A stretch of 42,536 bases of DNA from an uncultured bacterium. GTDB lineage: Bacteria; Hydrogenedentota; Hydrogenedentia; Hydrogenedentales; JAEUWI01. A program made the position numbers and the translations under genes. The notes under the pieces are model-generated. The model saw only the letters and a program-made list of their open reading frames with translations, was not told where the DNA came from and searched no databases. This document shows, piece after piece, positions 36,905 to 42,536 of the stretch. Each line of letters begins with the position of its first letter. Position 1 is the stretch's first letter. The DNA is taken from NCBI GenBank assembly GCA_963977445.1, contig CAXBPH010000019.1:1-42536 (forward strand), given 5' to 3'.

Positions 36905-38275
36905 TCACCCGGGACTGACTTCTTCGCCGGAGCCGCCCATGAAGATAAAGAGCACGGCTACAATGATTGCAGCAAGGAGTCCAATGATTACATAGATCAT
37001 GGTGGAGCTGCCGGAACCCGCTCTTTCCTTCTTGAAGAGGGCGCCAATTACGTCATGTTCCAAGGCGATGGTTTCTTCCACTTTGCGCCATTCGCCCACG
37101 CGATCTTTCTTACACAAGGAGGTCACCGGAACGGTGTTGGACTTGATGGCCCGGGCGATTTCCTGAATGTCCCCTGATTCGAAAATAACGTCACCATAGG
37201 CATCTGAAAATTCCCAGACGTGGCCGAGCTGGTGTCGGTTTCTGAAATCGATGATGCGCTGGCCCAAGGCTCCCTTGGCTTCGAATTCCCGGGTTCCTGC
37301 AAAAAGTCGCTCCAGAAAGCGAAGCCCGTGTTCCGCTTCCCCATTGGCGGCCATGGCTTGTGCGAGCAAGTCAACCACCACGGGATCTTCGGCACCGCCC
37401 AATTCGTAGGCTTTGCGGACGTGTTCCAGGGCTTTCGCGGGATCACGCAGGCCGTCGCCGCCTTCGAGGTAGACCTTTGCGGTCAATCGGTGACTTGCGC
37501 AACTACCCGGATTGGCAACCAGATAAGAATGCAGTCGATCCAATACGCCTTCATATTTGCCGCCACGAATCTGGCGATCAAGCTCCATAAGGGTACTATC
37601 CATCATGGAAGCGGAAGACGCAGGTTCGGCATCATCCGTGATACCGACGACCATGGTTTCCGCATAGGATTCTTCCTGAGACATACACGTTGCCGACGAG
37701 CCGGGAACCACATAGTGGGCCTCCACCTGAAGCAACATGATGACTTTCTGCCCTGCACGAGCCATCTTAATCGGTGTCTCGGAGGTGCCGATTCGAAGGA
37801 CGGGAGCAACGATGGGCATGCCATCGGGCGTCACAATAGTCAGCGAATCACCGGTACGGAAGGTGCCCGACTTCACATGGCCCGTAATGGTCGTTTCGTC
37901 TGTAGTCTTAGAGAAGGCCGATTCGATTGCCAATACGTTATCACCGCTTACTTCCATACCCGCGGCCGGGTCCGTGCCATAGTCGGCCGGGGAGGGGGCT
38001 GGATGGGCCGGAGGCGGCGTGTCGGCAGCGAGGAGGCGTTTCAGCTCCGCCATTTTGTCGCCTTCCAGTTTGCCGTCTACTTTTTCGAGGCTGGAGCGGG
38101 CTTCATGTTTTCGCCCGAGGTTGGCCAGACAGACGACCCGGTGATAGGTCACGTGACGGCTGTTGGGTCGCTGTGCATCCAACTGATCAAATGCGGCCAA
38201 AGCACCCTCGAAATCCTTCGATTCAAAGGCCTTCACCGCATTGATATATAGCTCTTTGGCTTCTTCGTTGGTCAT
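36905..38275 (-). CDS. Tail-anchored multidomain protein: TPR / EF-Tu domain II-like barrel / TPR / GYF_2-like / TM
   Basis: TPR-like helices; central LAIESAFS...TITGHVKSG.F..GD...ARAGQKVIMLL; C-terminal hydrophobic helix; GGGAGA RBS; TGGTATACT extended -10 at 38420-38428. Confidence 0.7.
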   Translation of the reverse strand: MTNEEAKELYINAVKAFESKDFEGALAAFDQLDAQRPNSRHVTYHRVVCLANLGRKHEARSSLEKVDGKLEGDKMAELKRLLAADTPPPAHPAPSPADYGTDPAAGMEVSGDNVLAIESAFSKTTDETTITGHVKSGTFRTGDSLTIVTPDGMPIVAPVLRIGTSETPIKMARAGQKVIMLLQVEAHYVVPGSSATCMSQEESYAETMVVGITDDAEPASSASMMDSTLMELDRQIRGGKYEGVLDRLHSYLVANPGSCASHRLTAKVYLEGGDGLRDPAKALEHVRKAYELGGAEDPVVVDLLAQAMAANGEAEHGLRFLERLFAGTREFEAKGALGQRIIDFRNRHQLGHVWEFSDAYGDVIFESGDIQEIARAIKSNTVPVTSLCKKDRVGEWRKVEETIALEHDVIGALFKKERAGSGSSTMIYVIIGLLAAIIVAVLFIFMGGSGEEVSPG

Positions 38276-38696
38276 GCCCGTCTCCCAGCGTATGCAATTT
38301 GCTCCGACTTCCGCCCAGCACGCACGACTGGTGCTGGTTCCGTCGAATTTTGGCACAACGCAGGATGAACAGCCTATCCGGCATGTCCTGCGCGTTCAGG
38401 TAATCTCTTTACAACTGAAAGTATACCACAAAATTTGATGAATGCCACCTCTTTGTACGCGACAGTTTTTGTGGTCGCTATGTCGGCGTGGGCGCGCCGC
38501 TGGACAAGGAAATCGCCGTCGCTGAAGCGGGGCAAGATGGCGTGGTTTTCGGCATAAATTCGGGGCTTGGCCCTTCCGGTTGGATGTTGGGGGACATCCG
38601 AAGAATGTGACGAGCCGGTGGTTTCCTGGCGACATTTCGTTGGCGCATCGGGTGCCTGACATATCGCAGGAATCATCCCCGCCAATTGCGTATGAA

Positions 38697-38732
38697 CAAA
38701 AAAAATCGGCTGGACCGAAGTCCAGCCGACAA
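38697..38732 (-). terminator. Rho-independent terminator of rplJL
   Basis: TCGGCTGGAC-TTCG-GTCCAGCCGA followed by a T-tract (minus strand, UUCG loop). Confidence 0.92.
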
Positions 38733-38762
38733 ATAAATTATGCACAAGGCATGGGGGGGTAA

Positions 38763-39149
38763 TTAAACACCCTTGAGCTCGATAACAGCGCCAGCGCCTT
38801 CGAGTTCTTCCTTGATCTTGTTGGCTTCGTCCGCAGCGACACCTTCTTTGAGGGTCTTGGGAGCGCCGTCAACGATCTCTTTGGCTTCCTTGAGGCCCAG
38901 GCCAAGCATTTCCTTGACCTTTTTGATGACGGCGATCTTCTGGGAGCCGTGCTCCTTCAGGATTACGTCGAACTTGGTTGGGCCAGCGGCCTCACCATCG
39001 TCGCCACCCGCGGCAGGCGCGGCAGCTGCGGCAACAGGCGCGGCAGCGGTAACGCCGAGCTTGTCTTCGAGGGCCTTAAGAAGGTCAGCGGCTTCCATGA
39101 GGGTAAGCCCAGCAATTGTATCTACGATTCCGTCGATTTTTTCGGACAT
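38763..39149 (-). CDS. rplL: 50S ribosomal protein L7/L12
   Basis: [42 protein letters not shown]. Confidence 0.99.
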   Translation of the reverse strand: MSEKIDGIVDTIAGLTLMEAADLLKALEDKLGVTAAAPVAAAAAPAAGGDDGEAAGPTKFDVILKEHGSQKIAVIKKVKEMLGLGLKEAKEIVDGAPKTLKEGVAADEANKIKEELEGAGAVIELKGV

Positions 39150-39212
39150 GGTGTCTATTCTCCAATTAATATAGGTGTTTAAGGGGTTACGATGAGATTT
39201 ACAAAAGGGGCG

Positions 39213-39743
39213 TTAGGCTGCGTTTTCCTCGTCCGCCTTCATCTTTTGCACCTGATCGATTACGTTTGCCAGGTTACTCGGTACGGCATTAATGGTACCC
39301 ATAAGCTTCTGAATGGGTGCTGCAATCGTACCGGCAATCTGAGATAGAAGCTGTTCGTGAGAAGGAAGACTCGCCAGCGTGGTGAGCTGATCAGCGTTGA
39401 CAGGTTTTCCGCCGAGCACGCCACCAACCATGGCAATGGTCTTTGCCTTCTTTGAGAACGCTTTCAGAATCTTCGCGGGTGCAACCGGGTCTGCGGAGAA
39501 GGCCCACGCGGTGGGACCCTCCATGAAGTCGGCTGCGGCTTCCACGTCGAGTTCTTTCAGGGCGCGACGGGCAAGGGTGTTTTTATACACCTTGTATTCC
39601 ACGCCCGCTTCCCGAAGCTGCTTGCGGAGCTCGGTCACCTGTTCCACGCTGATGCCGACGTATTTCGTGGCGATAGCGATTTCACTTGATTCGATGCGCG
39701 CTTTCATTTCAGCGATGTCAGAAATTTTCTTGGGAGTAGCCAA
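39213..39743 (-). CDS. rplJ: 50S ribosomal protein L10
   Basis: Y.GISVEQVTELRK.LR, YKVYKNTLAR.A, GPTA, LASLPS.EQL; TTG start with AGGAGGTG RBS. Confidence 0.98.
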   Translation of the reverse strand: MATPKKISDIAEMKARIESSEIAIATKYVGISVEQVTELRKQLREAGVEYKVYKNTLARRALKELDVEAAADFMEGPTAWAFSADPVAPAKILKAFSKKAKTIAMVGGVLGGKPVNADQLTTLASLPSHEQLLSQIAGTIAAPIQKLMGTINAVPSNLANVIDQVQKMKADEENAA

Positions 39744-39784
39744 TTGTATTCACCTCCTTTCTTTAAATTTTCAATCGTTTTCGC

Positions 39785-39920
39785 AATAAAAAACCCGTGT
39801 TGTCCTGAGAAACAGACAACACGGGAGACAGATCGATTTAAGAACTGTACATCACGTCTCACGGTCTCGGCAGGATATTTAAAGCCCATATTGGGCCACC
39901 GGCTGTCTGCAACACGAAGT
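39785..39920 (-). promoter_or_regulatory. L10 leader with attenuator-like terminator
   Basis: Minus strand AGACAGCCGG...TTTAAATATCCTGCCGAGA (L10-leader-like), then CCCGTGTTGTC...GACAACACGGG followed by TTTTT before the RBS. Confidence 0.8.
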
Positions 39921-39944
39921 TGATGCGAATAGTTTAGAACGGAA

Positions 39945-39974
39945 ACTATAGCAAAGATTCGGCGTGGAGGTCAA
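39945..39974 (-). promoter_or_regulatory. Sigma70 promoter of rplJL
   Basis: TTGACC-N18-TATAGT with TG extension. Confidence 0.7.
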
Positions 39975-40072
39975 CTCAAGTCATTGGCGCATATTTTTGG
40001 GGCTTTTCGGACGAGGGCCCTGACGCCGTGGTGTACCGGAAAGAGGGAGGAAGTCATCACGTACCGACAGCG

Positions 40073-40579
40073 TTACGGGTTCTTTTTCCCTGGTGCTGCG
40101 GAAATTCTTTCCCAGGCGGTATCCGCTTTGGGCTTTAAGGTGGCCTCGTTTTCCGTCCAGGGTTTGCGGGTGTCGGTCAGGAAGGTCTTGTAGAACAGAA
40201 AAAGCTGGCCGTCGGTGATAATAAAGGCCTTCGGGTTTATTTCGACTTTTTCGCCGCTGTCACCCATGGCATAGGCACACCAGCCGCCATAGGCGGGTTC
40301 ATATTTTTCGGGAGATGCTTTGAAGCGGTCCCGATTGGCTTCGGTCGCAAAGCGATAGGTCCTTTTTCCAAGGGTATGGGTGATAGAGCCCTTGCCCGGG
40401 GTCGGCGTGGCTCCGCCTTCCTTAAAGTAGGCGACGGGGTCGTAGCCCTGTAGGGCCAGACCGTCTTTGGCCAGATTGAATTCGTCTTCTGCCTGCAATG
40501 TTTTTTCTTCATCGGCAGACGTCGGCAGGCACAGCATCGTGAGTGAAATCGTGGCAAGGAGCAGTGCACGTCGCGTCAT
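40073..40579 (-). CDS. Secreted YHS-domain protein
   Basis: Signal peptide; GLALQGYDPVAYF, YRFATEANRDRF, YEPAYGGWCAYAM, GQLFLFY. Confidence 0.9.
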   Translation of the reverse strand: MTRRALLLATISLTMLCLPTSADEEKTLQAEDEFNLAKDGLALQGYDPVAYFKEGGATPTPGKGSITHTLGKRTYRFATEANRDRFKASPEKYEPAYGGWCAYAMGDSGEKVEINPKAFIITDGQLFLFYKTFLTDTRKPWTENEATLKPKADTAWERISAAPGKKNP

Positions 40580-40664
40580 GGGAGGTTTCTCCGGGTACGT
40601 TGCGGTTGTGCTTCCTATATTCCCGCAGTATGTGAGAGCAGGTCAGAGAACGCTCGCAGTTCCC

Positions 40665-41216
40665 TTATTCCGATTGCTCGGCGGTCTCAGGTTCTGCAGG
40701 AGACTCAGGTGCTTTCGGCTTCATGAATTCTGTCAGGATAACCAGGACCAGTCCACCCACAATGGCCAGATCAGCTACATTGAAGATGCCGGTGCGCGGT
40801 TCCCAGCCGCCGATGGGGAGCCAGGGAAGGCCCATGTTCATAAAGTCCACCACCACACCGCCATAGATGACGCGATCGATAAGATTCCCGATGCCCCCGG
40901 AGAGTATGAGGGCGAAGGCGATCGCCATGGTGTTGGCGATGGCATGGCGACGGAGCAGGAAGAGGGCGACCGCGATCAGGATGATGGAATTGAAGCCAAT
41001 CAGCAGGAAATTGCGTATGTTGGCCGACATTTTCCCAAAAATGCCCAGGAAGGCTCCTGTATTCTCTGCATATTGGAGGCGAAAGAAATCGCCCCAATAA
41101 ATAATGGGCGGGTGGCCCATGAGCCAGGCAATGGCCATCCGTTTGGTTATCTGATCGAGGATGACGCTCACGAGAATGATAGCGGCCACGATGGCCAGGC
41201 GCTTTTTATAAGTCAT
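40665..41216 (-). CDS. lspA: Lipoprotein signal peptidase II
   Basis: LDQITK, ENTGAFLG, GGIGNLIDR, VVDFM, IFNVADLAI. Confidence 0.95.
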   Translation of the reverse strand: MTYKKRLAIVAAIILVSVILDQITKRMAIAWLMGHPPIIYWGDFFRLQYAENTGAFLGIFGKMSANIRNFLLIGFNSIILIAVALFLLRRHAIANTMAIAFALILSGGIGNLIDRVIYGGVVVDFMNMGLPWLPIGGWEPRTGIFNVADLAIVGGLVLVILTEFMKPKAPESPAEPETAEQSE

Positions 41217-41446
41217 AATATCCTTCGGCAGGGCAATGTCACCCTTGGAAGTTGATGGGGGATTGGCGTCTGACAAGGGGGTGCGACGCACAGGGGAAGT
41301 ATAGGTAACCGGGCTGAATTGAGTCAATCAAAGGGCCCCAATCTGTCATCGCATGCTAAATTGCCCCCAACCTCCCTTACGCTCTCTTGGGCTTGTTCCC
41401 TTTCGAGGGATTGGCTATAGTGCCCGTTCAACCTGGAGAAAAACTG

Positions 41447-42536
41447 ATGCGTCGTTTATTTGTGCTGGCCCTTTTGTCTGTGGTCATTTTCCCCGCTCAT
41501 GGTGCCGCGCCCGAGAAGGTCGTTGTTCCATTTCTCGAAAGTGCGATACACAGCACCGACCTCCTCATTGTGGGTGGAACGGAGTCGGGGGTGGCGGCGG
41601 CGATTCAGGCGGCGCGCATGGGGGTGAAGTCGATTACCCTGGTCAACGATATTGAATGGCTCGGCGGGCAGTTCTCCGCAGAGTCCCTGGCGTCCATCGA
41701 TGAGAATCGCGGCCCCGATGGCTATGGCCACGGCGTGCCTTTTCCCCGCTCGGGTTTGTTCAAGGAGGCCATAGAGCGTATTGAAGCGGTGAACCTGGAG
41801 AAGTATGGTGAGCCCCGCCCCGGCAATACACGGTGTATCACCACAGGCCGTCCTGTGGACTCGGCGCGGGTCTTCCGGGAAATGCTCCAGCCCTATATCG
41901 ATAGCGGACAAGTTACCCTTCGGAGCTATTTTAGGCCCGTCCGTGGGGTCGTATCTTCCGGGCGATTGCGCTCCATACATTTTGAATCGACGACAGACAA
42001 CGGGGCGGTATTGGACGTGATGGCGGAGGCCGTCATCGACGCCACGGACTGGGGCGACGTGGTCAAGTTGGCGGGGGCGGCCTACGAATATGGACCCGAC
42101 CTCAAGGCCACCTACGACGAACCCCTGGCCCCGGAATTGCGCGAGGGCTATCCCCTCACGGATATGAACCCCATCACCTACTGCATGGTCATCGAAGAGA
42201 CCGATGATTATACGCCAATCCCCGAGCCCGCAGGCTACGACCCACGTAATTATCGCGACCACGGTTATCCCAAGGATCCCCTCTGGCTTTACCCGACACG
42301 TCGGCTCGTCGACCGCTATAATTTTGAGAAGGTTACCCACCCCGACGTCCTGCTCATGTGTTTCCCAGCCTTTGACTATCCCGTCGATGTGTGGACCCAA
42401 GGGGTGGCCGATGCCCTGGAAGCCACCGAGCCCGGGGCGTCGAAGAAGAATATTGTCGACCTCACCCCGGCGCAGCGGCAGATCGTCTTTGAAGATGCGA
42501 AGCGCCGTTCTCTGGGCTTCCTCTATTACCTCCAGA
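41447..42536 (+). CDS. Secreted FAD-dependent oxidoreductase, truncated at the right edge
   Basis: Read manually from ATG 41447: MRRLFVLALLSVVIFPAHG..., DLLIVGGTESGVAAAIQAAR, WLGGQ, VIDATDWGD; GGAGA RBS. Confidence 0.85.
   Translation, partial: MRRLFVLALLSVVIFPAHGAAPEKVVVPFLESAIHSTDLLIVGGTESGVAAAIQAARMGVKSITLVNDIEWLGGQFSAESLASIDENRGPDGYGHGVPFPRSGLFKEAIERIEAVNLEKYGEPRPGNTRCITTGRPVDSARVFREMLQPYIDSGQVTLRSYFRPVRGVVSSGRLRSIHFESTTDNGAVLDVMAEAVIDATDWGDVVKLAGAAYEYGPDLKATYDEPLAPELREGYPLTDMNPITYCMVIEETDDYTPIPEPAGYDPRNYRDHGYPKDPLWLYPTRRLVDRYNFEKVTHPDVLLMCFPAFDYPVDVWTQGVADALEATEPGASKKNIVDLTPAQRQIVFEDAKRRSLGFLYYLQ

Noticed and set aside
40073..40579. Selenoprotein form of the YHS protein
   Set aside because: The GGWCAY position is a TGT Cys codon, and there is no in-frame TGA.

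Overview
About 42.5 kb of GC-rich bacterial chromosome, mostly housekeeping and envelope genes. I see no prophage, IS transposase, rRNA, tRNA or CRISPR array. The gene content (hldE, MsbA-like exporter, lspA, PEP-CTERM protein, Planctomycete-style CxxCH proteins) suggests a diderm of the PVC/Hydrogenedentes type; this lineage is an inference only. Recognisable genes: rhomboid protease, glgB, amylosucrase, queA, SCP2, smg/DUF494, topA, xerC, pepF, hldE, pirin, two cyclophilins, an MsbA-like ABC exporter, glgX, rplJ-rplL with L10 leader, YHS protein, lspA, and a partial FAD oxidoreductase. The best candidates for new biology are: (i) a tail-anchored TPR / EF-Tu-domain-II-like / TPR / GYF_2-like protein followed by a HAAS-like/PspC membrane protein, downstream of a detached rplJL operon; (ii) an SCP2 lipid carrier next to a lipoprotein alpha/beta-hydrolase that has lost both catalytic Ser and His; (iii) a stand-alone E2-type acyltransferase domain with altered catalytic motifs and a large insert; (iv) a redoxin / c-heme / copper-monooxygenase fusion; (v) an unassigned ~115-nt rod-like RNA candidate, a pirin leader with twin operators around a terminator, a 47-aa small ORF, and REP-like elements. 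All domain calls come from motif recognition by eye, with no database search.
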